From NCBI GenBank assembly GCA_016712315.1, contig JADJRG010000022.1:866522-930521 (forward strand): a stretch of DNA of 64,000 bases, read 5' to 3'. The notes below the pieces were generated by a model, which had not been told where the DNA came from, searched no databases, and saw only the letters and a program-made list of their open reading frames with translations. This document shows, one piece after another, positions 11,861 to 22,201 of the stretch; position 1 is the stretch's first letter, and the number at the start of each line of letters is the position of its first letter. The translations under genes and the position numbers were made by a program. This DNA is from Nannocystis sp. (GTDB taxonomy: Bacteria > Myxococcota_A > Polyangia > Nannocystales > Nannocystaceae).

Positions 11861-12427
11861 ATGCGCACCCGCACGCCCTTCGCCCTCACCCTCGCGCTCG
11901 CGCTCGTCGCCTGCTCTGGAGACGACGCCGCCAGCGCCACCGACGCCACCACCACGGCCAGCACCGCCACCACAGCCGGCACCGACGCCAGCGAGAGCGA
12001 CAGCGACACAGCCGCAGTCGACCCCGCCTGCGGCTCCGGTCTCGTCGTCAAGGGCGAAGGCGAGGACAAGATGGCCAAGTGGGGCGCCCCCTGCACCAAG
12101 GACGAAGAGTGCGTCGCCCTGATCGGCGAGGGCGCCCTCTGCTACGCCGCCATCGTCGACGTCTACAAGGCCCCTGGCGGCTACTGCTCCAAGCCCTGCG
12201 AGCTGATGGACGCCGATCCCCTCTACGTCCTCGATCACCCCGACTGCGGCCCGGGCATCACCTGCCTCGGCGTCAACGGCATCTTCACCGCCTGCCTCCC
12301 GGAGTGCACCAGCGACGCCCAGTGCCAGCGCGACGGCTACTCCTGCCACCTGCTCCCGCAGATCGGCATGGAGAACGACCCCACCTTCTGCCTGATGATG
12401 GACTCCTGCCTGGTCAACCCGCCCTGA
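11861..12427 (+). CDS. Cys-rich secreted lipoprotein
   Basis: Signal peptide with lipobox (LVACS). It has a Thr/Ala/Asp linker followed by a C-terminal domain with about 12 Cys. Confidence 0.65.
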   Translation: MRTRTPFALTLALALVACSGDDAASATDATTTASTATTAGTDASESDSDTAAVDPACGSGLVVKGEGEDKMAKWGAPCTKDEECVALIGEGALCYAAIVDVYKAPGGYCSKPCELMDADPLYVLDHPDCGPGITCLGVNGIFTACLPECTSDAQCQRDGYSCHLLPQIGMENDPTFCLMMDSCLVNPP

Positions 12428-12482
12428 TCCCGCCGATGTCGTCGTCGAGCCCCGCGAACGAGCAGCCGCTCGTGCTCCGCCC

Positions 12483-13439
12483 ATGACCATCCTGCTCGAC
12501 GGCGCCATGGGCACGGAGCTCGAGCGCCGGGGCGCCCGCACCGGCGCCCCCCTCTGGTCCGCCCACGCCTTGCTCGAGGCGCCCGAGCTCGTCCGCCAGA
12601 TCCACCTCGACTACCTACGCGCCGGCGCGCAGGTGATCACCACCAACACCTTCCGCACCCACGCGCGTAACCTCGCCCCTGCCGGCCTCGGCGAGCGGGC
12701 CGCCGCGCTCACCCACCTCGCCGTCCAGCTCGCCTGCCAGGCCCGCGATCTCGCGAGCGCCGACGATCCCACCGCCGGGCGCGCCGTCATCGCCGGCTCG
12801 ATCCCACCCCTCGAGGACAGCCTCGCCCCCGAGCGCTCGCCCGCGCGTCAGCGCGCCTTCCTCGAGCATCGAGCGCACGCGCGCCACCTCGCCCAAGCCG
12901 GCTGCGACCTCCTGCTCGTCGAGACCATCGGCCGCGTCGACGAGGCCCACGCCGCCTGCGACGCCGCCCTCGCCACCGGTCTGCCCGTCTGGCTCGCCGT
13001 CGTCGGCCGCGCCGACGGCAAGCTCCTCGGCGGCGAGACCTTCCACGATCTCATCACCGAGCTCGCCCCGCTGCCGATCGGCGCCCTCCTCCTCAACTGC
13101 ACCCAGCTCACCCATCTGCCCGCCCTGCTCCCGCCCCTCCTCCACGCCGCCGAGCGAGCCCCCCACCTCGCCCTCGGCCTCTACCCGCACACGGGCGCCC
13201 AAGACCCACAGCGCGGCTGGTGCACCCACGCCACCGACCCCCAGGGCCTCACCGCGGCGCTCGCCGCCGCCCAACGCGCCTCCCCGCGCCTCACCCTGCT
13301 AGGCGCCTGCTGCGGCTCCACCCCCGCCTGGATCGCCGAGCTCGCCCGCCGCTTCCACCCCACCGCCGACGATCGCCGCGCCGGCTTCGCCGAGCTCGAT
13401 CGCCTGCTCGCCCGCGGCGCCCCGCCGGACCTGGCCTAA
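12483..13439 (+). CDS. homocysteine S-methyltransferase family protein
   Basis: The N-terminus MTILLDGAMGTELERRG and the motif ITTNTF match the MmuM/BHMT homocysteine-methyltransferase domain. The C-terminal Cys cluster GACCGSTP is typical of the zinc site. Confidence 0.8.
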   Translation: MTILLDGAMGTELERRGARTGAPLWSAHALLEAPELVRQIHLDYLRAGAQVITTNTFRTHARNLAPAGLGERAAALTHLAVQLACQARDLASADDPTAGRAVIAGSIPPLEDSLAPERSPARQRAFLEHRAHARHLAQAGCDLLLVETIGRVDEAHAACDAALATGLPVWLAVVGRADGKLLGGETFHDLITELAPLPIGALLLNCTQLTHLPALLPPLLHAAERAPHLALGLYPHTGAQDPQRGWCTHATDPQGLTAALAAAQRASPRLTLLGACCGSTPAWIAELARRFHPTADDRRAGFAELDRLLARGAPPDLA

Positions 13440-13450
13440 AGACCTAACGA

Positions 13451-15346
13451 TCACTGCGGGATCAAGTCGAGGTCCAGCCCGCCCGGGTACCAGTACGAGC
13501 CGTAGCTCTGCACCCCGTACACGCTGATCCCCACCGGCACGTCGCTGCTGACCGCGTGGTTGCCTTGGTTGATGTTCGGCAGCTTCACGTGGGCCACCTG
13601 GTAGTTCGAGGCCCCCACCGCCTGCCAGCTCCCCACGGCCGCCCCGTCGACCGTCACCACCGCGCCCTTCGGCGCCAGGATATCCACATAATTCGCCTGC
13701 CACAGCGTCGCCGCGTGGAACAGGTACGCCGTCCGCCACTGCTGCGGGTTCACGGCCAGCAGCATCGCCGGGTCGCTCGCCCCGAAGCCGCCGTCTTGGC
13801 CCACCATATACTGCGCCACCAAGATCTTCTTATCGGCGGAGACCACGAATTTCTGGGTCGTCGACGGCAGCTCGAGGAAGTCCCCCGCCTTGGCCAGCAG
13901 CTTGTTCCCCGGCTGATCTGGCTCAAAGGTCAGCGTCGTCGCGTCCTCGCTCGCGATCACGCGCACCACCTGACCCTTGTCGAGCTTGTCGTTCGGCACC
14001 TGCACCGGCGGCACCACCACGTACTCCTTCGCCAGCGTCTCGATCGGGAACATCGACTCCTCCAGGTGATCACAGGCGGTCACGTTCAGCGGCACGTTCG
14101 TGCACTTGTGGCCGCCGAACACCTGCACCGGCTTGTCCGCCGCGATGATCGTGCCCGTCACGTCTCCGTTGTAATTGCTCAGCACCTGCAAGACGTCGCC
14201 CTCGTTCAGCGAGATCACCCCCTTGCCGTCCGCCGCCACCCCGCCGCCCGGCTTCACGATCCCGCCCGTCCCGGACGGCTTCAGCGTCACCGTCGTCCCG
14301 TCGAAGCGGGCCACCACCGAATACAGCCCCGGCACCGCGTTCCCCCCGAACGGCCACGTCGGCCACGCCGCCACCACATAGTTCCCCGTCCACGTGTTGG
14401 TCGGCAGCAGCAGCGACGCGTCGTTCGTGTGCGTCACTGTCAGCGGGTTGTACTGGTACACCGTCACCGGCCGGGTGCTACGCAGCCGATACGCCCCATC
14501 GGGCACCACCACGCTGCCCCCGTAGCCCGAGCTCAGCGCCGGCACCCACGGCAGCGTGACGAGCTGCACGCTCGCCGGCGCCACCTGCACCACCGTCACC
14601 GGATCCGGCCCCTTCGTCACCGTCACCTGCACCATCTCGTCCGAGGTGTTCGCCACCGCCACCGCCCAGACGAAGCTCGGCGCCGAGTTGTACCCGTCGA
14701 ATTGTTGCAGCACCGTCGGGTAGTAGTCGCAGCCGATGTAGCTCAGCCCCAGCGCCGCGCACGCCCCCACGCACGCGCCCGCGTCCGGGTCACACGCCAG
14801 CCCCTGCACCGCGTCGCACTCCTCCGAGGGCACGAAGCCCTCGCCCATCGCGTCGCAGGTCAGCACCATCGATCCTTCGCACTTGGTCGACCCTGGCGCG
14901 CACAGCACACAGCCCAGCTCGGCCACGCACTCGTCCGCGCACACCTCCTCGCTCGAGAAGCCCCCGAGCCCGTCGCACACCTTCGCGACCCCCTCCTCGC
15001 ACAGCATCGTCCCCTCCGCGCACGGCGGCTCCCCCGTCGTCGTGCTCGTCGTCGACGCTGTCGTCGCCCCGTCCGTCGTCGTGCCTGCGCTCGTCGTGCC
15101 CGCGCTGCTCGTGCTCGGATCGACCGTATCGCTCGCCCCCGAGCTCGTCGTCTCGCCCGCGCTCATGCCCGTCGTCGCCCCCGAGCTCGTCCCCGTCGTC
15201 GTCGTCGCCCCCGAAGTCGTCGCGCCTGAGCTGCTCGCCGTCGTGCTCCCGCTCCCGCCGGTGGTCGCCGTCGTGTCTGCGCCGCCGTCGTCACCGCAGG
15301 CGAAGAGAGGGAGCGCGAGGAGCGGGGCGAGGCGTCGGAGCTGCAT
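13451..15346 (-). CDS. large secreted lipoprotein with Ser/Thr-rich linker, Cys-rich module and IgGFc-binding-protein-N-terminal-like beta domain
   Basis: Lipobox LFACG. It has a linker of more than 100 aa made of S/T/G, then a Cys-rich EGF-like stretch, then a long beta-rich domain of a type common in myxobacterial secreted proteins. Confidence 0.7.
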   Translation of the reverse strand: MQLRRLAPLLALPLFACGDDGGADTTATTGGSGSTTASSSGATTSGATTTTGTSSGATTGMSAGETTSSGASDTVDPSTSSAGTTSAGTTTDGATTASTTSTTTGEPPCAEGTMLCEEGVAKVCDGLGGFSSEEVCADECVAELGCVLCAPGSTKCEGSMVLTCDAMGEGFVPSEECDAVQGLACDPDAGACVGACAALGLSYIGCDYYPTVLQQFDGYNSAPSFVWAVAVANTSDEMVQVTVTKGPDPVTVVQVAPASVQLVTLPWVPALSSGYGGSVVVPDGAYRLRSTRPVTVYQYNPLTVTHTNDASLLLPTNTWTGNYVVAAWPTWPFGGNAVPGLYSVVARFDGTTVTLKPSGTGGIVKPGGGVAADGKGVISLNEGDVLQVLSNYNGDVTGTIIAADKPVQVFGGHKCTNVPLNVTACDHLEESMFPIETLAKEYVVVPPVQVPNDKLDKGQVVRVIASEDATTLTFEPDQPGNKLLAKAGDFLELPSTTQKFVVSADKKILVAQYMVGQDGGFGASDPAMLLAVNPQQWRTAYLFHAATLWQANYVDILAPKGAVVTVDGAAVGSWQAVGASNYQVAHVKLPNINQGNHAVSSDVPVGISVYGVQSYGSYWYPGGLDLDLIPQ

Positions 15347-15400
15347 CCGAGCAACCTATCACGGCGAAACCCGCCCCCTCGGGCCTGCTCACGGGCCGGC

Positions 15401-16051
15401 TCACGGGCCGCGCAGCCGCGTCCCGAAGACCACGTCCCAGAGCGCGATCGAGATGCCAAAGTTCCCGCCGGAGCGCGCGTGATGGCGCAGGTGATGCCGC
15501 CGCAGCCGCGCCCCGAACCACGGCCGCGCGCTGTGGTGCGCCGCGTAGTGCGCCGCCTCGTACACCAGATACCCGAAGATCTGCCCGGCCAGCGCCGCCT
15601 GCCAGCCGCCACCGATCACCAGCCCATCGATCGCCGCCAGCAGCAGCGCCAGCGATCCGCCTTGGAAGGGCGTCGCCGCCAGTCGCTCGCGGTCCATCGG
15701 CGTCCGGTGGTGGTGCGTGTGCAGCACGAAGCGCGCGACCTTCCGTGCGTCTGTCTCACCAGACAGGTGAAAGATCGCCCGGTGCATCCAGTACTCCAGC
15801 AGCGTCCAGCTCAGCCACCCCCCGGCGAAGAGCGCCCCCAGCGCCCCCCAGCGCGGCCCTATCGCCATCGCCGCGGCCCACAGCGCCCACCCGATCACCG
15901 GCGCGAACAGCACGTACGGGCACGCCGGGTGCGCCCGCGTCAGCCCCTCCAGCAGCCGCGAGCGAAAGAAGCGCACCGGCGCCGCCGAGCGCAGCTCCGG
16001 CGCCGCCAGCCCCGCCGCCACGCACTCCTCCGTCAGCGGCCCCGCGCCCAC
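15401..16051 (-). CDS. fatty acid hydroxylase / sterol desaturase family membrane protein
   Basis: Hydrophobic segments plus histidine boxes (HRAIFH, HTHHH, HHLRHH) characteristic of this di-iron membrane family. Confidence 0.75.
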   Translation of the reverse strand: MGAGPLTEECVAAGLAAPELRSAAPVRFFRSRLLEGLTRAHPACPYVLFAPVIGWALWAAAMAIGPRWGALGALFAGGWLSWTLLEYWMHRAIFHLSGETDARKVARFVLHTHHHRTPMDRERLAATPFQGGSLALLLAAIDGLVIGGGWQAALAGQIFGYLVYEAAHYAAHHSARPWFGARLRRHHLRHHARSGGNFGISIALWDVVFGTRLRGP

Positions 16052-16057
16052 GATCGT

Positions 16058-16843
16058 TCACCCCTCGGCCGTCACCGAGCGCAGCCGCAGCCCGCCGAGC
16101 GACGCCTTCAAGCGCCCGCGCATCTTCTTCAGCTCGCGCGCGTGGAACACCCGCTCGTCCAGCGGCCGCTCGATCCCCTCCGTCTTGTTCATCACGCTCG
16201 CGGGCAGCGACGAGTGCGGCAGCCCGAAGTAGTGCCCCAGCTCATGCGTCAGCACCAGCCGCCCTGCGATCTTCGAGAGGATGATCCAGCGCCGCGAACG
16301 ATCCTCCCGGTCGCGCCAGTGCACCCCGCGGATCTCCCCTGGCTCATCCACGTTCGCCAGCGAGCCCGCCACGAAGACCTGGATCAGCGCCTCATCGTAG
16401 CGCCCTGCCCCGAGCCGATCGCGATCCCGACGGCTCACCACCGCCCCCTCCTCCGGCCGCAACGCCGACGCCGCGCGCACCTCGAAGCTCACCTCGATCG
16501 GCGCGAAGCGGAGCTGCGCCTCGGTCACCTGCCCTGCCAGCCACGCCGCATCGACCACCATACCCGCCGCGTCCGCCGCCACGAACACGTGGATCCCCAC
16601 GCAGCGGCGCGCTGGCGAGCAGCGCGGCGTCGCCTCGACCAGCGCCGCCAGCTCCGCCTCGCCAGGCGATCGCAGCGCCGCCGCGGGCGCGTCGACGCCC
16701 GCCGCCGAGCCCGCGCAAAAACGCGCCTTGGCCGGCGCCGCGACGACCCCCAACGAACCGACCAACAACGCCGCGCCTCCCCACCTGAGGGCGCGTATCG
16801 CTCGCCGGGGCCGCACCGCACGCATCGGCGTTGAGCCTATCAC
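16058..16843 (-). CDS. secreted zinc metalloprotease (HExxH, metzincin-like)
   Basis: The zinc-binding motif VLTHELGHYFGLPHS is present and the N-terminus has a signal peptide. It lies 7 nt downstream of the hydroxylase gene on the same strand. Confidence 0.75.
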   Translation of the reverse strand: MIGSTPMRAVRPRRAIRALRWGGAALLVGSLGVVAAPAKARFCAGSAAGVDAPAAALRSPGEAELAALVEATPRCSPARRCVGIHVFVAADAAGMVVDAAWLAGQVTEAQLRFAPIEVSFEVRAASALRPEEGAVVSRRDRDRLGAGRYDEALIQVFVAGSLANVDEPGEIRGVHWRDREDRSRRWIILSKIAGRLVLTHELGHYFGLPHSSLPASVMNKTEGIERPLDERVFHARELKKMRGRLKASLGGLRLRSVTAEG

Positions 16844-18912
16844 AGCGGCGCTTCGGCGAGCCCTCGCGCTTGCGACGCCCCGCGCTACGCCGCTACCCTC
16901 CTCTCGTGGCGAGCACCTTGCCTGGCATCGGCGCCATCCCCCTCGGCGAGGCCCGCACCCTGCCTGGCATCAGCGACACAGGGCCCTCCGAGCGGAGCGC
17001 CGCCACCCCGCCCGCGTCCCCCACCCTCACCTCGCTCGCCGATCTCTGCGCGCGTCTGGGCGTCGCCGTCCAGATCGCCCCTGGGCTCGCCGCGGACGCC
17101 CCCTCGCTGCGAGGCGGCGACGATCCTCGCTACCAGCTCGGCGTCGAGCTCGGCCGAGGCGGAGGCGGCCGCGTCCACCTCGCCACGGATCGAGACCTCC
17201 GCCGCAGCGTCGCCCTCAAGGTCCTGCAAGAGGCCCACCTCAGCGATCCCTTGCGCGTCCAGGCCTTCCTCGAGGAGGCCGTGATCACCGCCGGCCTCGA
17301 GCACCCCAACATCGTCCCGATCTACGACATTGGTTGGAGCCCCAACTTCGGCGTGTATTACACGATGCAGCGGCTCAGCGGCGGCACCCTCGCCGACCTC
17401 CTAGAGCGCGCCAAGCGCCGCCCCGAGGCCGCCCGCACCTTCGGCCTCTACCGCGCCCTGGGCGCCTTCACCGAGCTCTGTCGCGGCGTCGCCCACGCCC
17501 ACCGCCGCGGCGTCATCCACTCGGATCTCAAGCCCGAGAACGTCTTCGTCGGCGACTACGGCGAGGTCGTGATCGTCGACTGGGGCATGGCTCAATTGCT
17601 CGGCCCTGACGGAGCCAGCCAAGTACGCGCCCAGATCCGCGGCGGCACCCCCGAGTACATGGCCCCAGAGCAGTGCGTCGAGACCGGCAGCCACCTCGGC
17701 GTCGGCGTCGACGTCTGGGCCCTCGGCGTCATCCTCTACGAGCTGCTCACCGGCGACGTCCCGTTTCAGGGCGCCGACCCGCAGGAGACCGCCATGCGCG
17801 TGCTCATCGAGCCCCTCGTCCCCCCCGCCGATCGCGCCCCTGACCGCGGCATCCCCCCTGGAATCGATCAGATCTGCGTACGGGCGCTCGAGCGCGACCG
17901 AGCCCGCCGCTACCCCAGCGTCGACGAGCTGCTCGGCGACGTCCAAGCCTACCTCGCCGGCACCCGCGAGCGCGCCCGCCGGGCCGAGCAGATCGTGCAC
18001 GCGATCGAGAGCGCCAGCCTCCTGCTCGGCGCCATCGCCCCCCCCGAGCGAGAGATCGACGCCGAGCTCCGCCGCCCCGAGGCCCAGCTCGACCTCGAGC
18101 GCCTCGAAGCCCTCCGCGCCCAGCTCCTCGACACCTACGTGCCCGCCGCCCGCGCCCTGCTGCGCGGCCTCGAGCTCGATCCCGCCGCCCCGCTCCTCCA
18201 TCGCCACGCCAGCGATCTCTATTGGCGGCTCTTCACCCGCGTCTATCCCTCGCGCGTGCGCCCCGCCCCGGGGCTCGCCGCCCGCGCCATGGATCTGCTC
18301 ACCGGCCTCAGCCAGCGCGCCTCGGCCGCGATCGTCCGCGCCGGCGCCGAGCGCTCTGGCGGCGACGCCGACACCTCGACCTGGCTCACCGTCGTCCAAC
18401 AGATCGCCGAGCAGGACGCCCGCGGCGGCACCGCCATGAAGCAGGTCGTCACCCGCGTCGCCAGCCTCGGTGAGATCCCGCTCTTCCGCGAGATGCAGCC
18501 CGCCAACCTCCTACCGATCGCCGAGGCCTGCACCGAGCATCGCCACGCCCCTGGCGCCACCATCTTCGCCCAAGGCGCCCCCGGCGACGCCCTCTTCGTC
18601 CTGCTCAGCGGCCACGTCGACATCCTCCGCGACGGCGCCGTCATCAACACCCTGCACCCAGGCGAGTGTTTTGGTGAGATCGCCGTGCTCGGCGAGACCG
18701 CCCGCACCGCCTCCGCGATCGCCGTCGATCACGTCCACGTGCTCACCCTCGACGCCCCGCGCTTCCGCCAGATCGTCCGCGAGCGCGGCGAGATCGGCGT
18801 CGCCGTGATCCAGGCCTTAAGCGAGCGGATCCGCGTCGCCACCCGCCGCGAGGCCGCCCTGCGCTCCCTCGCCGGCGCGATCCTCAGCCAGCACGGCGAC
18901 CGCGGCCCCTGA
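16831..18912 (+). CDS. Ser/Thr protein kinase with C-terminal cyclic-nucleotide-binding (CAP-family) domain
   Basis: Kinase motifs HSDLKPENVF, VDWGMAQ and GTPEYMAPE. The C-terminal cNMP-binding signature is GECFGEIAVLGETARTASAIAV. The exact start is uncertain; it may lie downstream of 16831. Confidence 0.85.
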   Translation: MSLSQRRFGEPSRLRRPALRRYPPLVASTLPGIGAIPLGEARTLPGISDTGPSERSAATPPASPTLTSLADLCARLGVAVQIAPGLAADAPSLRGGDDPRYQLGVELGRGGGGRVHLATDRDLRRSVALKVLQEAHLSDPLRVQAFLEEAVITAGLEHPNIVPIYDIGWSPNFGVYYTMQRLSGGTLADLLERAKRRPEAARTFGLYRALGAFTELCRGVAHAHRRGVIHSDLKPENVFVGDYGEVVIVDWGMAQLLGPDGASQVRAQIRGGTPEYMAPEQCVETGSHLGVGVDVWALGVILYELLTGDVPFQGADPQETAMRVLIEPLVPPADRAPDRGIPPGIDQICVRALERDRARRYPSVDELLGDVQAYLAGTRERARRAEQIVHAIESASLLLGAIAPPEREIDAELRRPEAQLDLERLEALRAQLLDTYVPAARALLRGLELDPAAPLLHRHASDLYWRLFTRVYPSRVRPAPGLAARAMDLLTGLSQRASAAIVRAGAERSGGDADTSTWLTVVQQIAEQDARGGTAMKQVVTRVASLGEIPLFREMQPANLLPIAEACTEHRHAPGATIFAQGAPGDALFVLLSGHVDILRDGAVINTLHPGECFGEIAVLGETARTASAIAVDHVHVLTLDAPRFRQIVRERGEIGVAVIQALSERIRVATRREAALRSLAGAILSQHGDRGP

Positions 18913-18917
18913 GCCGC

Positions 18918-19973
18918 TCAGCCCGCGCGCGGCGCCCCCGGCCACACCCGCTCGAGGAAGTGCGTCTGCACGACCCCCAGGCCCTTCAGCGTCAGCGACC
19001 CGCGCGAGCGCAGGTGGAAGCGCCCGCGATCCAGCAGCGCCGCGCTGCGGTCGCTCACGTGCGCCAGCATCGGCACGCTCGCCCGCTCCAGCCGGCTCGC
19101 CGCGTTCATCGCGTCGCCGAGCAGGCAGAAGCGGGGGGTTCGCGACCCGACCACCCCGCCGATCACCGGCCCCGAGTCGATCCCGATCCGGATCTCCAGC
19201 GGCACCCCGTCGCCTGCGTCGAAGCCGTGGACCGCCTCGATCATGTCCAGCGCCATCGCCGCGACCGCGTCTGCGTCGCCGGGCCGCGCCTCTGGCACCC
19301 CGCCGACCACCACATAGCAGTCGCCGATCGTCTCCACCTTGTAGAGCCCGTGCCGCTCCGAGAGCGCGTCGAAGCTCGTATACAGGCGATCGAGCAGCTC
19401 GAAGATCTGCCGCGCCCCGCGGGCCCGCGCCAGCGCCGTGAAGCCGACGATATCGGCGAAGAGCACCGTCACCGCTGGGAACAGCTCCCCGCCGAAGCTC
19501 CGCCCCTCGCGCAGCGCGCCGGCCACCGCCGCCGGCAGCATGCGATAGAGCAGCGCGTCGGACTTCTCGCGCTCGCGCTTCAGCTCGTCTTGCAGCGCGC
19601 GGATCGTCAAGTGCGTGCGCACCCGCGCCAGCACCTCCTCGATGTGAAACGGCTTGGTCACGTAGTCGACCCCGCCGACCTCGAACGCCCGCACCTTATC
19701 GATCACCTCGTTCAGCGCGCTGAGGAAGATCACCGGCACGTCGCGGGTCGCCGGGTCCGCCTTCAGCCGCCGGCACACCTCATACCCGTCCGGCTCCGGC
19801 ATGTGGATGTCGAGCAGGATCAGCGCCGGAGGGGCCGCCGCCGCCGCGCGGAGCGCCTGCGCCCCGCTGATCACCGGCCGCGCGCGGTAGCCCGCCGCGA
19901 CCAGCACCTCGCTGAGCAGGCGCAGGTTCGCTGGGGTGTCATCGACGATCAGGATCTCATTCGCCTCGCTCAT
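18918..19973 (-). CDS. response regulator (REC) fused to class III adenylate/guanylate cyclase
   Basis: The REC domain is ILIVDD...D...VIFLSA...K. The cyclase CHD motifs are VTVLFADIVGFT and KVETIGDCYVVVGG. Confidence 0.9.
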   Translation of the reverse strand: MSEANEILIVDDTPANLRLLSEVLVAAGYRARPVISGAQALRAAAAAPPALILLDIHMPEPDGYEVCRRLKADPATRDVPVIFLSALNEVIDKVRAFEVGGVDYVTKPFHIEEVLARVRTHLTIRALQDELKREREKSDALLYRMLPAAVAGALREGRSFGGELFPAVTVLFADIVGFTALARARGARQIFELLDRLYTSFDALSERHGLYKVETIGDCYVVVGGVPEARPGDADAVAAMALDMIEAVHGFDAGDGVPLEIRIGIDSGPVIGGVVGSRTPRFCLLGDAMNAASRLERASVPMLAHVSDRSAALLDRGRFHLRSRGSLTLKGLGVVQTHFLERVWPGAPRAG

Positions 19974-22201
19974 CCGCCTCCGCTCCTGGCCTGCGCGGCC
20001 GCGCCTCGATCGCCCTCGTCGTCCTCGAGCAGCCGCAGCACCCCATCATAGTCGAAGCACTGGGCCGCCGACTCGATCGCGCGGGCCACCTCCGGCGCCG
20101 CCGCCGCGATCTCCGCCGCGAGCGCCGTCATTCCGGCCGGATCGGCCGCCAGCGCCGCCCCGCGCGCCGCCTCACGCCAGCGCGCCGGCAGGCGCCGGGC
20201 CCCCTCCTTCGCCGCCGCCTCGATCTCCACCTGTCCTTGTGAATAGGTGAACTTCAGCGGCAAGTGTCGTGACATCGCCCCCAGGATCTCGCGCTCGCGG
20301 AACGGCTTCGCGACGAAGTCGACGCAGCCCGCCTCGCGCATCCGCGCCCGGTCGTCCTCGAAGACGTTCGCCGAGAGGGCCACGATCACCGCCGCGGCGC
20401 CGGTCGGCGACGCCTTGATGATCCTCGTCGCCTCGATCCCGTCCATCACCGGCATCCGGATGTCCATCCAGATGAGGTCGGGGCGCCAGCTCGCCGCGAT
20501 CTCCACCGCCTCGGCCCCGTCGATCGCCTCACGCACGTCGAAGCCGAGCGGACGCAGCAGGCGCACCAGCACCTCCCGGTTGCGCGCGCCGTCCTCGACC
20601 ACCAAGATCCGCCAGCGCGGCTGCCCTGGCGCCAGCCCCACCGGCATCGGCGGCGGCGCCTCCTCCTCCCCTCGGCTGCCCCCGGCGATCGCCCCGACGT
20701 TCACCTCGAAGCTGAAGACCGAGCCGCGGCCGAGCGCCGAGCGCACCGTGATCTCTCCGCCCATCAGGCGCACAAACTGTTGGCTGATCGACAGCCCCAG
20801 CCCGGTCCCCTCCGGCGCGTGCCGCCCGCTCCCAGTCTGCTCGAACGGCTTGAACAGGCGGTGCTGCTCCTCAGCCGCGATCCCGCGGCCGCTGTCCTCG
20901 ACCTCGAAGCGCAGCACGTGGACCCGCTCGCCCGCGCGGACGCTCCCGCGCAGCGTGACCCCCCCCGCGTCGGTGAATTTGATCGCGTTGCTGAGCAGGT
21001 TGAGGATCACCTGCCGCAGCTTCGCCGAGTCCCCCATCACCGCCCGCGGCAGGTCGGGCGCGAGCGTCACCGCCAGGTGCAGCCCCTTCTCGCGCGCCCG
21101 CAGCCGGAGCATGTCCTCGAGGTCATACAAGAGCCGATGCAGATCGAAGCTGCGCTCATTCAGCGTCATCCTGCCGGCCTCGATCTTCGACATCTCGAGG
21201 ACGTCATTGATCAGGCTGAGCAAGTGCTCGCCGCTGCGGTTGATCACCTCCAGGTGCTCGTTCTGCTCGTGGCTGAGCCCTGGGCCGCGGATCAGGAGCT
21301 GAGCGAAGCCCAGGATCGCGTTCAGCGGCGTCCGCAGCTCGTGGCTCATGTTCGCCAGGAAGACGCTCTTCGCCCGGTTCGCCGCCTCGGCCGCCTCGAC
21401 CGCGCGCAGCCGGGCGAGCTCCGCCCGCTTCAGGTCGGTGATGTCGCGTGAGATCGTCGCATATCCGACCAGCTCGCCCGTCTCCGAGCGGATCACCGTG
21501 ATCACCTGCGACACCGGGATCTCGGTCCCGTCGGTGTGCCAGAGGAACATCTCACCCAACCACGAGCCGTGCTGCCGCACGTACGGGAAGATCTCCGTGA
21601 TCAAGCGCTCGTAGTCGCGCGGCGCCTGGAGGTCCGCCACCTGGAGGCTCATCGGCTCCTCGCCCCCTCGCCCGACCAGCGCCATCCCGGCGGGGTTCAC
21701 ATACAAGATCCGCCCCTCGCGATCGGCCAGCGCCACGAAGTCGCTGGTGTTCTCGAGCACCGCCGCCAACGAGCGCAGTCGGGCGAGCAGCCGCGCCTGC
21801 TCGCTCGCCGCGCCCACCTCCCGCTGAACGGGGCGCGCCACCACGACCCGCACGTCCCCCTCGATCCGCAGCGCCACCTCGACCGCGAGCAGCGCCCCCT
21901 CCGCGCTCCGCAGCGCGCCCACCCCGCGCCACGGCTCACCGCGGCGCAGCGCCGCCAGCGCCTCGCCCGCGAGCATCGCCTCGGCGCCGCGGCCGATCAT
22001 CGCGTCGCCGCGATCGCGGCCCAGCAGCGCCAGCCCCGCGGGGTTCACCGCGAGGATCACCCCTGCCCGATCGCAGCGCGCGATCAAGTCTGAAGCCGCG
22101 GCGATCGCCCCCTCCGCGGCCGCGAGCGCCGCCTCGAGCCGCGCGAGCTCGAGCGCCGCCGCCTCGTTCCACTCAAGCGATCGCCGGTCGAGGTGCACCA
22201 C
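19970..22201 (-). CDS. hybrid sensor histidine kinase (PAS x2, HisKA, HATPase, two receiver domains)
   Basis: H-box SHELRTPLNAILGF, followed by an ATPase G-box region and then two REC domains. Its stop overlaps the start of the cyclase gene by 4 nt, so the two are an operon. Confidence 0.9.
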   Translation of the reverse strand: MVHLDRRSLEWNEAAALELARLEAALAAAEGAIAAASDLIARCDRAGVILAVNPAGLALLGRDRGDAMIGRGAEAMLAGEALAALRRGEPWRGVGALRSAEGALLAVEVALRIEGDVRVVVARPVQREVGAASEQARLLARLRSLAAVLENTSDFVALADREGRILYVNPAGMALVGRGGEEPMSLQVADLQAPRDYERLITEIFPYVRQHGSWLGEMFLWHTDGTEIPVSQVITVIRSETGELVGYATISRDITDLKRAELARLRAVEAAEAANRAKSVFLANMSHELRTPLNAILGFAQLLIRGPGLSHEQNEHLEVINRSGEHLLSLINDVLEMSKIEAGRMTLNERSFDLHRLLYDLEDMLRLRAREKGLHLAVTLAPDLPRAVMGDSAKLRQVILNLLSNAIKFTDAGGVTLRGSVRAGERVHVLRFEVEDSGRGIAAEEQHRLFKPFEQTGSGRHAPEGTGLGLSISQQFVRLMGGEITVRSALGRGSVFSFEVNVGAIAGGSRGEEEAPPPMPVGLAPGQPRWRILVVEDGARNREVLVRLLRPLGFDVREAIDGAEAVEIAASWRPDLIWMDIRMPVMDGIEATRIIKASPTGAAAVIVALSANVFEDDRARMREAGCVDFVAKPFREREILGAMSRHLPLKFTYSQGQVEIEAAAKEGARRLPARWREAARGAALAADPAGMTALAAEIAAAAPEVARAIESAAQCFDYDGVLRLLEDDEGDRGAAAQARSGGG

